Program-made: the position numbers and the translations under genes
Shown here: piece after piece, positions 32,043 to 43,287 of the stretch
Layout: every line of letters begins with the position of its first letter
How positions within the stretch are numbered: position 1 is the stretch's first letter
From: Tetramitus jugosus
Lineage: Eukaryota > Protista > Heterolobosea
Length of the DNA stretch: 64,000 nucleotides
Reading direction: 5' to 3'
Assembly: GCA_937625935.1 (NCBI GenBank)
Contig: OW569377.1
Coordinates: 124,001 to 188,000 of the forward strand
The notes under the pieces: model-generated
Database searches by the model: none
Told to the model about the DNA's origin: nothing
Seen by the model: the letters and a program-made list of their open reading frames with translations, nothing else

Positions 32043-33311
32043 ATGTCACACAGAAAGTTCGAGCACCCACGTTGCGGTTCCTTGGGTTTCTTGCCAAGAA
32101 AGAAGGCAAGAACCACCAGACAAAAGGTCAAGGCCTTCCAACCAGATAACCAAAAGTTGAAGCCTCATTTGACTGCTTTCGCTGGTTACAAGGCTGGTAT
32201 GACCCACGTTGTTCGTGAGGTCAACAGATCTGGATCCAAGCTCCACAAGAAGGAAATTGTTGAACCAGTCACCATTCTTGAGACTCCACCTATGGTTGTT
32301 GTCGGTATTGTTGGTTACACCAAGACTCCTTTCGGTTTGAAGACTTTGGCTACCGTCTGGGCACAACACTTGTCCTCTGAAGTTAGAAGAAGATTCTACA
32401 AGAACTGGGCTACTTCCAAGAAGGCTGCCTTCAAGAACCACACTGCTGAGTATCACTTGAAGAAGGGCAGAACCCAAAGAGCTCAAGATTTGGACAAATT
32501 GGCTGCTCAAGCTACTGTCATCAGAGTTTTGGCTCACACCCAAATTGGTAAGGTCTCTGTCGGTGCCAAGAAGGCTCACTTGATGGAAATCCAAGTCAAC
32601 GGTGGATCCATTGCCAACAAGGTCAAGTTTGCTTACCAATTGTTGGAAAAGACTGTTGCTGTCTCCAGTGTTTTCAGCAAGAACGAAGCTATTGATACCA
32701 TCTCTACCTCCAAGGGTAAGGGTTTCAAGGGTGTCATCTCCAGATGGGGTGTTACCAAATTGCCAAGAAAGACCCACAAGGGTTTGAGAAAGGTTGCTTG
32801 TATCGGTGCATGGCATCCAGCCAGAGTCTCATGGACTGTTGCCCGTGCTGGTCAAAAGGGTTTCTTCAGAAGAGTTGCCTTCCACAAGAAGATTTACATT
32901 GTTGGAGCCAACTTGAACACTGAAGAAGGTAAGACTGCTGCAACTACCGCTTACGATTTGACTAGAAAGAGCATCAACCCAGTTGGTGGCTTCCCAGGAT
33001 ACGGTGTTGTCACTGAAGACTTCTTGGTTGTCAAGGGATCCGTTCCAGGTCCATTCAGAAGAGTCATTACCTTGAGAAAGGCTTTGCACCCACCTACCTC
33101 CAAGGCTTTCCTTGAAGACGTTGTCTTGAAGTTTGTTGATACTTCCTCCAAGATTGGTCGTGGTAGATTCCAAACTTTGGACGAAAAGAAGAAGTTTATG
33201 GGTCCATTGAAGACTGATTTGGAAAAGAAGAGAAGAGAAGATGTTGCCAAGAGCCGTGCTATGAAGGAAGAAGCTTCTGACAAGAAGACTGCCGTCAAGA
33301 GATCTGCTTAA
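32043..33311 (+). CDS. RPL3: 60S ribosomal protein L3 (uL3)
   Basis: [49 protein letters not shown]; strongly biased codon usage. Confidence 0.98.
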   Translation: MSHRKFEHPRCGSLGFLPRKKARTTRQKVKAFQPDNQKLKPHLTAFAGYKAGMTHVVREVNRSGSKLHKKEIVEPVTILETPPMVVVGIVGYTKTPFGLKTLATVWAQHLSSEVRRRFYKNWATSKKAAFKNHTAEYHLKKGRTQRAQDLDKLAAQATVIRVLAHTQIGKVSVGAKKAHLMEIQVNGGSIANKVKFAYQLLEKTVAVSSVFSKNEAIDTISTSKGKGFKGVISRWGVTKLPRKTHKGLRKVACIGAWHPARVSWTVARAGQKGFFRRVAFHKKIYIVGANLNTEEGKTAATTAYDLTRKSINPVGGFPGYGVVTEDFLVVKGSVPGPFRRVITLRKALHPPTSKAFLEDVVLKFVDTSSKIGRGRFQTLDEKKKFMGPLKTDLEKKRREDVAKSRAMKEEASDKKTAVKRSA

Positions 33312-33513
33312 ATTTGCTCCTCTGAATAAATTGTCACACTAAAACAACACGTTCTTGATTTTCTTATTGTTTTACCAGGTGATCACTCGATGATCGTGCA
33401 TCTTGGGTTGGGACGAGATCTTTCCTTGCCAAAGTCGCATGCAGAGAACCACAATGAAATTCAACAAGAAATTTGGATGGTGCTATCAAATCAACCACCC
33501 TCAATTAACGGTT

Positions 33514-33600
33514 GCGAGAATGAGTCTAGGTGGTTCTGGAAATGGGCTTCAAACCCATTGCGGACATGCGTCCGAGAGGTTCAATTCCTCCTTTCTCGCG
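33514..33600 (+). tRNA. tRNA-Sec (anticodon UCA), eukaryotic 9/4 type
   Basis: Acceptor GCGAGAATG.../...CTTTCTCGC-G; anticodon arm AATGGG-CTTCAAA-CCCATT (TCA at 33549-33551); long variable arm CGGAC-ATGC-GTCCG; 4-bp T stem GAGG-TTCAATT-CCTC. Confidence 0.92.
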
Positions 33601-33673
33601 TTCAATGGTATTGTTTTACCTCACCAGATCTACTAGGATAAACAGGATACTTAAAGAAAGCTTTTGGATTTAT

Positions 33674-34846
33674 TCAACAAGTGTTTATGATCTGCTTCGT
33701 GGGAAACAGTTTTGCAGAGTAATATTCTTCATAATCTCTCGCAACATCGACCTGATATCTGTCAAAAGGTATCAGATTTGATAGAGGATTCACAATAAGC
33801 TGATCGAGCAAACTGCCTTCAATCTGAGCTAAACAGTCCTTCGATGTTTGATTGGTGATCGTTCCTTGAAATTCATTGGCTTTACCTCTAAAGTGTACTA
33901 TTGATGTATAGCCTGATGATACGCAAGTCACCTCCAAGGTTCCACTGATACATGCTCTGCACTTGCTGAGGCTCAACCTCCGCTTTCGTACAGATTGAGA
34001 AGCAAAGAGACAAGCCAGGGCACTCCTACCAGAGTTGTATGACAATGATGGCAACTTAATCATGTATGACTCATCCAATGATTCAAAACGAAGTACATGT
34101 TGACTGCTCTCACTCAATACAGTGCTTGAGTTTGGGTTTGACGCATCACCATCCATCACAAGAGACACGCACTCAGTCATGCTCGAGAAGCTCATACGAT
34201 ACTTTTCGTTCTTCCACAGACTTGTAGTCGTTCGAGTCAGGATACTCGTTGTCGTTCGTGAAGAGACAGCCCTTTGTTTTGCGACGGCAATGAGAAGAGA
34301 GGAAGAAGAAGGCACATCACCAAAGCTCTTGCGTGCCATTAGACCAAGATTGACATCTTCTTGATCCTTTGTCATCACACTGTGCTCGTGGACGAATGAA
34401 GAGACAGACTCAGATCCAGTATAGCAATCTTTTCTGTGTTTCCATTTTCCATATGAAGAGGTGCATTTCATGGTCTTTGAACGTCGATGATGATGATGAT
34501 GAGTGGTAGGTATCACATTTTTACTTGAATTACTACAATTGCTGCTGTCACCACAGCCATCACTCATACTGCTCATACTGCGGTATTGAGGAACAGAGGA
34601 GGATGACGATGACAGCGCAGCACCCTTTAGAAATACATGAGACATATTGACAAGGCACCATTCAGTTACTGCCAGTATCCTGAGAATGGAGTCTTCCTTG
34701 GATGATGAGGATCTTGACATGGATAAGAGCTTGGAGGATGGCTTGAAGCATTGGAGGAATGTTTCATCTTGCAGAGGGTTAGATGACCATGGATGGGCAG
34801 AAGAGTCTTGTCTCAGTGGTGAGGATGGAATACTCTTTTGTTTCAT
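33674..34846 (-). CDS. Hypothetical protein; C-terminus resembles part of an oxysterol-binding-protein fold
   Basis: 390-aa ORF; GTLEVTC..SGYTSIVHF.GK...F.GTI...IEGS resembles OSBP beta strands. Confidence 0.45.
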   Translation of the reverse strand: MKQKSIPSSPLRQDSSAHPWSSNPLQDETFLQCFKPSSKLLSMSRSSSSKEDSILRILAVTEWCLVNMSHVFLKGAALSSSSSSVPQYRSMSSMSDGCGDSSNCSNSSKNVIPTTHHHHHRRSKTMKCTSSYGKWKHRKDCYTGSESVSSFVHEHSVMTKDQEDVNLGLMARKSFGDVPSSSSLLIAVAKQRAVSSRTTTSILTRTTTSLWKNEKYRMSFSSMTECVSLVMDGDASNPNSSTVLSESSQHVLRFESLDESYMIKLPSLSYNSGRSALACLFASQSVRKRRLSLSKCRACISGTLEVTCVSSGYTSIVHFRGKANEFQGTITNQTSKDCLAQIEGSLLDQLIVNPLSNLIPFDRYQVDVARDYEEYYSAKLFPTKQIINTC

Positions 34847-35275
34847 TTCGAGTGATTGTATTTGAGTCTTGTTGTAGTTGTTCAGAAAACAATAAGGCTG
34901 TCTTTTTATCGTTTTTACAAGCTTGGTCGGATTGCTTGTTCCACAAAATTTGTGAACATGTTTTCCAGCTTTTTGTAGAAGCGTGATTCGAGTTAACGGA
35001 AAAGTTTCCCGCCACTTTTAATTTGGTGATGCACCATCATATTCAGCCAGCGATTCTCTGGGAGAAATGGTTGGTGATGTTGATGCTTTTGTGTAGCTCG
35101 TCTTTAGGCTTCTGGTTAGAGAACGAATAATTTTCGAGTATTGGTTGAGTTCTTGCTTTTGCTGTTCAATGAGATTGATAAGTGCCCTCTTATCGTTTAT
35201 GCTTGTACTGGAAAGAGAATGAACAAGTTAGGTCAGTAAATGCTACTCAACAACAAGAACTTTTGCAAATGATAC

Positions 35276-35962
35276 TTACTGGATGACATCCAAGTTCTCG
35301 GCTAATTTGTCTGACAGTCCCCGATTGGCTTTCTTGTGCTGCTCTGACATGTTAGCTCTTTGCAATGCTCCGTTTAATTCATCAACTACTTCTCTCATTT
35401 GAACAATTTCAATCTCTTTCTCGCAAAGGGATTTCTTTAAGTTCTTATTGCATTGTATCTGCCTCATCAATAGATCTTGAAGAGTTTGAGCAGTTTCGAC
35501 AGCTTTCATCTCCCTAACTCGTGAGTTTCGATATTCTCTCTGAAGTTTAGCCACCTTGTATCGTAGTTGTTGTTTCTCGATATCCTTCGTCTGAGGAGCT
35601 TTGGAAACAACAGAAACGACGGTGTTTGTCCGATTCATTGATCTGAATGGATTTTCTTCGGATGCGATCGACCGATTCGTTAGAATGTCATTCGTCGAGC
35701 TTTCATTTGCATCATCATTTCTCGCGTTCGTTGATCTACTCATCGATTGGGAGTTCTCTCTGTTTTCTTGGTTACCTTTCCCTCCATAAGATTTCGGGTG
35801 AGAATTGCTTACGCCACCACTTTGTAAATCTTGAGAGCCAGTGCTACTTCCTCTTCTGTTGTCTCTCTCCTCCATTATCAATGACATTCTTTCTCCTTTA
35901 ATTCTCATTAATTCCCTTTTTACTTCTTCTTCTTGTTCGAATGGGAGGATAACATCGTCATC
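35276..35962 (-). CDS. Internal exon of a multi-exon coiled-coil protein
   Basis: Long E/K/R-rich ORF; minus-strand GTATGT donor near 36041, TTGAAG acceptor near 35963, GTAAGT donor near 35279. Confidence 0.55.
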   Translation of the reverse strand, partial: DDDVILPFEQEEEVKRELMRIKGERMSLIMEERDNRRGSSTGSQDLQSGGVSNSHPKSYGGKGNQENRENSQSMSRSTNARNDDANESSTNDILTNRSIASEENPFRSMNRTNTVVSVVSKAPQTKDIEKQQLRYKVAKLQREYRNSRVREMKAVETAQTLQDLLMRQIQCNKNLKKSLCEKEIEIVQMREVVDELNGALQRANMSEQHKKANRGLSDKLAENLDVIQ

Positions 35963-36390
35963 CTTCAATGAAATCAACAGGAGAGTATCATGTTAGCCGA
36001 AGGGAGTCGTGTCATGAAAAACGTGTAATGATTGCACATACTTGATCGTTCTCTTCTCCTTCAATGATTCCTCGTAAAAGTTGATGTTCTTCAGTATCCT
36101 TCAGGAACACTTTCCCTGTTCAATAGTTCATGACCTTTGTTAGTTTGACCAGAATGCCATCGAAGAAACAAAGTGAAGAACTTGATATCATACAAAAGTT
36201 AACATCCAATTTATCTTCCTTGCTGGTTGATTTATGAGAAGTGGAAGACATCGTTTTTGACACTTTCAGACTGATCTTGTCGAATTCGTTTCGTAAATGG
36301 AGGAAAAATTGAGCGGCAAGACAAATAAAAGGATTGTAAGGCTTTGTGCAAGAGTTTTTATATACCACCAGGTTGGTTCGGTGTGGTTGT

Positions 36391-38832
36391 TTACTTCTTC
36401 TTTCCCTTGGCGTTCTTGGCGTTCTTGTCTTCTTCAACAACCTTTTGGCCTGATGCAGCATTCTGCTTCATCTGATACTCCTTGACAATTCTGTTTTGTA
36501 CATCAGGTGTGACTGGTCTGTGGCAGAGGTAATCCATGGAAAATTCACCCTTTCCTTGAGTCATACTTCTCAAATCAGTGGTGTATCCAAACATTTCACC
36601 CAATGGGACTTCAGCAGTCAAATAGGTAGTATCGATTGTCATTTCAGTGTGAACAATTTGACCTCTTCTCTTGGAAACAGATCCCATCACAGATCCCTGA
36701 TACTCGGATGGTATCACAATTTCAACCTTCATAATTGGTTCAATAATGGATGGTCTTGCCTTTTCGAAAGCTTGTTTGAAAGCCAATGCACAAGCAGTCT
36801 TGAAAGCCAATTCGGAAGAATCGACAGAGTGAGTGGCACCGTCGGTCAGAGCGACACGAACACCCCACACTGGACATCCGATCAATGGACCCTTCATGAC
36901 CACTTCTCTGAATCCCTTGTCACAAGCAGCAATGTAACCAGGTGAGATGGCATTACCGATAATCTTGTTCTCGAATTCAAACTTCTCTTCAGAGTCCACG
37001 TCCATTGGTTCAATGTAACCAATAACCTTGGCATACTGACCAGCACCACCAGTTTGCTTCTTGTGAGTATAGTCGTAGGAGGCTCTGGCGTTGATGGCTT
37101 CTCTGTATGCGACATATGGTCTTCCAGTTTGAACATTCAAATCATATTCTCTCTTCATTCTCTCCGTGTAAATGTGCAAGTGAAGTTCACCCATACCAGA
37201 AATGATGGTCTGACCACCTTCACTGTCGAATGACACCTTGAACGTTGGATCTTCTCTCTGGAAACGTGCCAATGCCTTTGCAAACGCAGATTCCTTGGCC
37301 TTATCGGTCAATGAGAGACTGAGAGAGATGACAGGATCAGGCACAAACATACTCTCCATACTCATGGCGTTCTCAGCCTTCAAAGAACCAACAAATGTGT
37401 CACCAGAGGCACACTCGACACCAAACATGGCACAAATCTCACCTGGTCCAATCTCCTCAATGTCCTCCATTTCAGCAGAGTGCATACGAACCAATCGAGG
37501 CACCTTGACCTTTTCCTTTGTGGCAATATTGTAAATGTGACTGCCTCTCTTCATGGTACCCTGATAGACACGAATATAGGTCAATTGACCATATTTGCCT
37601 TCTTCGAGCTTGAATGCGAGACCGAGGAACGGCTTGTCTGCATCGGAAACAGTCAACACCTTTTCTTCCTTTTTGATGATGCTAGAGGATGCATCGTCAT
37701 CCACTGCTGATGAATCATCACCATCTTCACCATTGCCACTGCCACTTGCACTGCTCACCTGTCTCAATGCAAAGTTATCAATCTGACCAGGATGAGGCAA
37801 ATAGTCGACCACACCGTCCAACAGTGCCTGAATACCCAAATTTCTCTTGGCTGTGCCCATGAACACTGGGGCAAACTTGTTGGCAATGACACCACGACGA
37901 ATGGCTTGCTTCAACAGTGCGACATCAGGCTCCTGCTCCTCCAAGTACAGCATTTGCACTTGTTCATCAATCTCTGCCACTGCTTCAATCAATTCTCTTC
38001 TTCTGGTCAGTGCTTCTTCTCTGAATCTGTCTGGAATGCCATCTTCGACCACAACCTTCTCACCATTCTCACCCAAGAATCTCACAGTCTTCATCTCCAC
38101 CAAATCAATGAGACCAGTGAGTGCGTCTTCGAGTCCCATTGGTATTTGAACCTGTGCGGCATTCAGTCCCAACTTTTCCTTGACTTGTCTCATGACACGA
38201 TCAGGATCTGCACCCAATCGATCCAACTTGTTGATAAAGCACAATCGAGGCACACCATATCTCTTCATTTGTCTATCAACAGTCAATGATTGTGATTGGA
38301 CACCAGAGACTGAACAGAGAATGAGAATGGCACCATCGAGCACTCTCAATGCACGCTCCACTTCAATTGTGAAATCAACGTGACCTGGTGTGTCAATAAT
38401 GTTGATGTGATGACCCTTCCATTGACAATAGGTGGCAGCAGACTTGATGGTAATACCCTTTTCTCTCTCTAGATCCATAGAGTCCATCTTTGCACCCACA
38501 CCATCTGTTCCCTTGACTTCATGAATCTCATTGATTCTACCAGTGAAGAACAAGATGCGTTCAGTGGTAGTTGTCTTACCAGAGTCAATATGAGCAGAGA
38601 TACCAATGTTTCTCAATTTGCTCAATGATTCAATCTGAGTGGGTGTCAACAAGTCTAGTTGAGTCACTTGTTTGTTACGACTGGTGGTGATGTTCTCTTG
38701 TTGTTGTTGTTGTGAAAAGGTGGATGAAAAGGTGCGAATGTTTTTCTTATTGTTGTTGATGTGGTTGTTGGACATGAGTCTGTTGGCACACTGGCGCTGT
38801 TGTTGGTTGAACAAGAGTCTCTTCATCATCAT
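36391..38832 (-). CDS. GFM1: Mitochondrial elongation factor G1
   Basis: [46 protein letters not shown]; presequence-like N-terminus. Confidence 0.95.
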   Translation of the reverse strand: MMMKRLLFNQQQRQCANRLMSNNHINNNKKNIRTFSSTFSQQQQQENITTSRNKQVTQLDLLTPTQIESLSKLRNIGISAHIDSGKTTTTERILFFTGRINEIHEVKGTDGVGAKMDSMDLEREKGITIKSAATYCQWKGHHINIIDTPGHVDFTIEVERALRVLDGAILILCSVSGVQSQSLTVDRQMKRYGVPRLCFINKLDRLGADPDRVMRQVKEKLGLNAAQVQIPMGLEDALTGLIDLVEMKTVRFLGENGEKVVVEDGIPDRFREEALTRRRELIEAVAEIDEQVQMLYLEEQEPDVALLKQAIRRGVIANKFAPVFMGTAKRNLGIQALLDGVVDYLPHPGQIDNFALRQVSSASGSGNGEDGDDSSAVDDDASSSIIKKEEKVLTVSDADKPFLGLAFKLEEGKYGQLTYIRVYQGTMKRGSHIYNIATKEKVKVPRLVRMHSAEMEDIEEIGPGEICAMFGVECASGDTFVGSLKAENAMSMESMFVPDPVISLSLSLTDKAKESAFAKALARFQREDPTFKVSFDSEGGQTIISGMGELHLHIYTERMKREYDLNVQTGRPYVAYREAINARASYDYTHKKQTGGAGQYAKVIGYIEPMDVDSEEKFEFENKIIGNAISPGYIAACDKGFREVVMKGPLIGCPVWGVRVALTDGATHSVDSSELAFKTACALAFKQAFEKARPSIIEPIMKVEIVIPSEYQGSVMGSVSKRRGQIVHTEMTIDTTYLTAEVPLGEMFGYTTDLRSMTQGKGEFSMDYLCHRPVTPDVQNRIVKEYQMKQNAASGQKVVEEDKNAKNAKGKKK

Positions 38833-39084
38833 CTCGATAAGTAAGCAGAGGTGTTCGTTTGTTGTTTGTTTTTCTCTCGCTGAATGTTGGTTGCAAGGAC
38901 GGCGTGTGAAAACGGGGGAAAAAGAGATGCGGGGCGGCCTCACATATACTCACTTTTTATCCGACCGAGAATGAAGTTTCGGATTTTGATACTCCGATGA
39001 ACCAACCGCAGTATCTGCACGGAAACGAAAACGACGATCCCATTCTTTAAAAAAAAACAAATCGTAGTATAGTCATTGAAAATC

Positions 39085-41151
39085 ATGAGAGACTTTGGAA
39101 GTAGAAACAGTGGAAGCAGCAACAATGGTGGTGGTAGTAGTGGTGGTGGTGGTAGCAATGGACCACCAAGCAGCAAAATTTATATTGGAAATTTGTCCAG
39201 TCGTGTCAGTGAACGAGAAATTCAAGACACTTTTGGCAAGTATGGCTCCATTAGAAAAATCGAATTGAAGAATCGTTATGGATTTGTTGTATGTGATCAT
39301 CACTCTTTTTTCATGAATCTCTTTGATCATCATCTCATCCTTTTTTGTATAGGAATATGCTGATACAAGAGAAGCAACAGATGCTGTTCGTGAGATGCAA
39401 GGCTATGCCTTTGATCAACAAAAAGTCAATGTTGAGTTGGCCAAGGGACCAAGACCTCAACGCAACCCACCTTCTCACTCTGATTACAAGCTCATTATTG
39501 ATAATTTGTCATATAGTGTCAGTTGGCAAATGTTGAAGGATCACATGAGAAAGGCAGGTGATGTGATTTTTGCAGATGTCATGAAGGATCACAATGGAAG
39601 ATCCAAGGGATATGGTGTTGTTGAATACAAGTCATATGATGATATGAGATATGCCATTCGCAAGTTGGATGACACTGAATTGGAGGGAAGTTACATTAGA
39701 GTCAGAGAGGTTTGTATCATCAGAATCATTTTTTTTTTGTATTGTTTTTTTTTGAATGGGTTGTGTGCGCACGTGTGAGAACTGGCACAGAACAAGGCAT
39801 CTACTTGCAGTAGTAGCAGAGAAGGAGAGAGAACATGGTATGTCACGTATGATGAGAATGATGATGAAAATGAGATACCCCCCGTTGTTTATGAGTCGAT
39901 CGCAGTCTTGATTCGATCACAGTCAGTCCATTCTTTGTTTGCTTCTATTGTCTCTCTCTCTTGTGTGTGTGTGTGTGTGTTTGTGTTTTGAATTGGGTTG
40001 TGTGATACCATCAACTTGATCATGATGGTGAGTGATAAACAATGATGATGAAACATCTATGAGTTGGAGTTGGTGCTTGATTCGTCATGGCTTCTCAGTG
40101 TGTGTGTGTGTGTGCATGTGATGGTTAAGGGCTTCTCTGTTGTCAGTTCGTTTTGCTCTGAGATTTGTTGGTGATTGGGTCATGCGTGCACTGGTAGTGG
40201 TGGTCTCTCTGATGTGTTACACTCTCTCTTTTGTGTTGTTATTATGGTGGTAGTGGTGGTGGTGGTAATGGGAACATTTTCTGGACTGTCTGTTGTTGAT
40301 CATCGTACTGTGTCTCTCTCGTTTGTTGGGGTGGTCTCATGTTTTCTCTCAATCTCTCAATCTCTCTCGATGCATTCTGGGGTCTCAACGTTGTCTTCCG
40401 CTGTGTGACTGCTGGTGGTGCTTTCTCTGTGTCTTGTTCTCGAACGCGCTCTCTCTCTCTCTCTGTTTATTCTGTCTGTCTCGCACTCTCTGTGTATTTC
40501 TCTGTGGGCACAACTGTTGTCGATTTCACACCTATTAACACATTAACGGTTCATTGGACACACTTTTTTTCTGGTGGTTATGATTGACTCTGGTGGTGGT
40601 GGTGATTGTGATTGCTGATTGCTTTTGAACATTTTCTAATTACAACCATGTAGGACAGAGGAAGAGACAGAGAAAGAGATTATGGTAGAAGAAGCAGCAG
40701 AGGTGGCAGCAGAGAAAGAGGCAAACCATATGAGAGCAGCAGAGACAGAAGAAGATCTCCTCGCAGATCTCCAAAGAGATCCTACGACAGCAGACGTGAT
40801 CGTTCTCCAAGAGGTAGAGACAGTGGAAGACGTGGTGACCGTTCTCCACGTGACAGATCTCCAAGAACTGACAGATCTCCATCCCCAAGAGGCAGAGACG
40901 ATAGATCTCCAAGAGGTGATGACAAATCTCCAAGAAGAGACAGCAGCAACAATAGAAGATCTCCAACTCCAAGAGGCAGTCCAAGAAATGCCTCTCCATC
41001 CCCTGCCAGAAGAAGCCCAGAGAACAATGGCTCTCCTCAACACAGAGGAGTATCCATCAGTCCAGAGAACGATAACAGAAGCCCACACTCCCCGCGTGAT
41101 ATTTCCCCTGAGCGTGAAGCAAGAAGCCCTACTCTACAAGACAGAGATTAA
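39085..41151 (+). CDS. SR splicing factor (two RRMs plus RS/RSP domain); exons 39085-39288, 39353-39709, 40654-41151
   Basis: KIYIGNL and YGFV RRM1; [15 protein letters not shown] pseudo-RRM signature of the SRSF1/4/5/6 type; GT..AG introns join in frame to an RSPR-rich exon. Confidence 0.88.
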
Positions 41152-41295
41152 GTGTCAACAACGACAACACAACTCTTTGATTATCATTAATAAAAAGCGT
41201 TCATCTACAGTCGTTTTTCGCTTTTTGTGTTTTTTGCAATTGTTGAGCCAATCATCACACTGATCTCTGCCAAATAGAACTTATCTATCTAGCCA

Positions 41296-41732
41296 ATGGA
41301 AGCACCAACCCACACGGTAGAAGAGGATCCAATTCGATGTTGTGTTCGAATACGTCCTTTGAATCGAAGTGAGAAGAGCAGAGCACCAACAGCAACAGGA
41401 CAGAATGGAGTGAACCAAGTCTGTCTCTCAGCTCTAAAAGACAACCAAACTCTTCAATATATCAATCATTTGGCAACAGTACCCAAGGGCTCATCCCGAA
41501 CGAACAGTGCATCAAAGATCAAGAAGAAAACAAGCTATGCCACCAAGAACAATAATCATTCCTCCCATTCAGCTCCACATACTCCAACAGACAAGAAGAC
41601 ATTTACTTTCGATGTAGTTCTGGGCGAGAAAATGACACAGGACGATGTTTTTGAGAAGAGTGGTATCAGAGAGCTCATTGACTTTGCCCTAGAAGGCTTC
41701 TCAACAACCATTTTCGCCTATGGTCAAACAGG
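41296..41732 (+). CDS. Kinesin motor gene, 5' part, interrupted in the P-loop by the viral insertion
   Basis: IRCCVRIRP, FTFDVV, GFSTTIFAYGQTG; continues at 62157 as (G)SGKTFTI. Confidence 0.93.
41728..41732 (+). repeat. Target-site duplication, left (ACAGG)
   Basis: Same 5-mer at 62152-62156; removing the element and one copy restores CAA ACA GGT AGT GGA AAG ACT. Confidence 0.95.
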
Positions 41733-41872
41733 TGTCACGAACGGTTCGTGAGGACCGATAGGGTCGTAGACCTCCAATCTGCTCGAATCACATTTTACGA
41801 TCGGGTTGCTCGATGCCCGATTGCAAATTCCATATCGAGTTACTTCCATTTCTGCTCTACCGGTTCGGGACA
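41733..41872 (+). repeat. Left 140-bp direct terminal repeat (TGTCACGAAC...GTTCGGGACA)
   Basis: Identical by eye to 62012-62151; TG...CA ends; 9/10 inverted match between its own two ends. Confidence 0.97.
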
Positions 41873-41897
41873 AAGTATCCACATTAATAAAATTGCT

Positions 41898-42392
41898 TTA
41901 TTCATTTATCTTTACAATGTTTTGCGAAACAGTTTGAGGTGAAGTAATCACTTGTTTTAAAGGTGCAGTAACAGGTTGACTGTTCAATACAGTGGATCTT
42001 GGAGGAGAAATAACTCCTCTCTGTCGTAAATTAACCAAGGGATTAATTAAACGCTTTTCTTCTTCAAGTTTCATCTGACCGAGTTTACCAATGATTTCAT
42101 CGATAGTTGCACATTTGATCGCTTTAGTATTTCGAAGTAAGGCGTCGTCTTCCAAGCGCTTGATATGAAGTCTTTTTTCCTCATTCTCTTGTTCAAGAGT
42201 AACGACTCGATCATACAAAGTGTTAATAAGGACAATCAGTCCATTCCGTTCTTGTCTATTTATATATTTGATTCTGGATGTTGGCTGTTTGAGATATTCC
42301 ACGTACTCTGTTTTGATGTTTGTTATTTCTGCTGCGACCACCATCTGTGTTTGTTTTTTCGGTTGTTGTTTCTTCGGATGATTTGATGACAT
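41898..42392 (-). CDS. Viral hypothetical protein (coiled coil)
   Basis: 164-aa ATG-initiated ORF inside the element. Confidence 0.65.
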   Translation of the reverse strand: MSSNHPKKQQPKKQTQMVVAAEITNIKTEYVEYLKQPTSRIKYINRQERNGLIVLINTLYDRVVTLEQENEEKRLHIKRLEDDALLRNTKAIKCATIDEIIGKLGQMKLEEEKRLINPLVNLRQRGVISPPRSTVLNSQPVTAPLKQVITSPQTVSQNIVKINE

Positions 42393-42511
42393 GACGTGTC
42401 ATCACAACATAGAAGGATTACAATGTTGCCACGTCGACAGCGAGGAATTATAAATTGGAAGGACGATGTGCTACCAACTCTAAAAAACAGTACCGAGACC
42501 CAATCCTCATA

Positions 42512-43039
42512 ATGAATCAAGTATCCGTTTTCAATGCTCAAGAGACCACTAATGTTCCAGATGTGAACAAGTACATTCAAGAGTTATGTCGAAGATTTCG
42601 TTACCTGCAACAATCCTATTCCGATGTTCTCACAGTGAATTTCCCTCAAATCATGGAAGATTCTACAAACTTCAATATGTATATAGTGTTAGGTTTCGTG
42701 ATGAGTCTCATTCAATTCTGTGTTGCTTTCTCTAGAATGGAACCATCGAGAGATACCTACAATTCACTTGATGTTTTTATGAAGGCTCCGGTTATGGAAA
42801 CCTTCATCAAAGACTACAAGGGAATCATGTGTGATCTTTTGAAATTCACTGAACATATTGACAAAGTTTGTAGAGGGAAACAAGATAGAAAGGAATTTAC
42901 CGAATGTCGTGCAAAAGGAGACCTGAAGAATTGTATTGCAATCATGGATAAGACACCAGCGATGTACTCTGATGCTGAAATTACCAGATGGCTCATTAAA
43001 ACACTTGCAGAGAAAGCTGGATACAAGATGAAGAAGTAA
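42512..43039 (+). CDS. Viral hypothetical protein
   Basis: ORF with ATG at 42512, followed by a palindrome at 43110-43136. Confidence 0.65.
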   Translation: MNQVSVFNAQETTNVPDVNKYIQELCRRFRYLQQSYSDVLTVNFPQIMEDSTNFNMYIVLGFVMSLIQFCVAFSRMEPSRDTYNSLDVFMKAPVMETFIKDYKGIMCDLLKFTEHIDKVCRGKQDRKEFTECRAKGDLKNCIAIMDKTPAMYSDAEITRWLIKTLAEKAGYKMKK

Positions 43040-43109
43040 GAAACGGATTGAAGATTGGAGAGCAGAAAATCTTTTGGAATTGTACAGATAGTCATTCACT
43101 TTAACATCC

Positions 43110-43136
43110 AGTTATATGACCACTGGTCATATAACT
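43110..43136. terminator. Palindromic hairpin, putative 3'-end signal
   Basis: AGTTATATGACCA-C-TGGTCATATAACT. Confidence 0.6.
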
Positions 43137-43287
43137 TTTTTGACAGTTCAAAATGCAACAATAAAGATCTTCTGGTTTCGGTACCAACAAAACAATGTTT
43201 ACTCCGACACTATCGATAAACTTCCGACACCTTTGACATCGAATAATCCGACATCAAAAGTGAATAGGATTTTCCTACATGCTTAAA

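Noticed and set aside
33514-33600. Opal suppressor or Trp tRNA indicating a variant genetic code
   Set aside because: The fold matches tRNA-Sec, and several host genes end normally in TGA
2258-38974. Long antisense ORFs over cysK, glucosidase II, RPL3 and EF-G (e.g. 2258-3154, 32046-32816)
   Set aside because: Expected by-products of biased codon usage in highly expressed genes; no motifs
39950-40470. (TG)n, (TC)n and (GGT)n tracts as telomeric or mobile sequence
   Set aside because: Short intronic microsatellites with no telomere-like array or terminal structure
40636-41263. ORFs 40682-41263 (+) and 40636-41088 / 40640-40999 (-)
   Set aside because: Alternative-frame shadows of the repetitive RS-domain exon of the SR protein
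41748-41942. ORFs 41748-41942 and 62000-62251 with identical peptide segments
   Set aside because: They are translations of the terminal repeat with GTG starts and no sign of coding function
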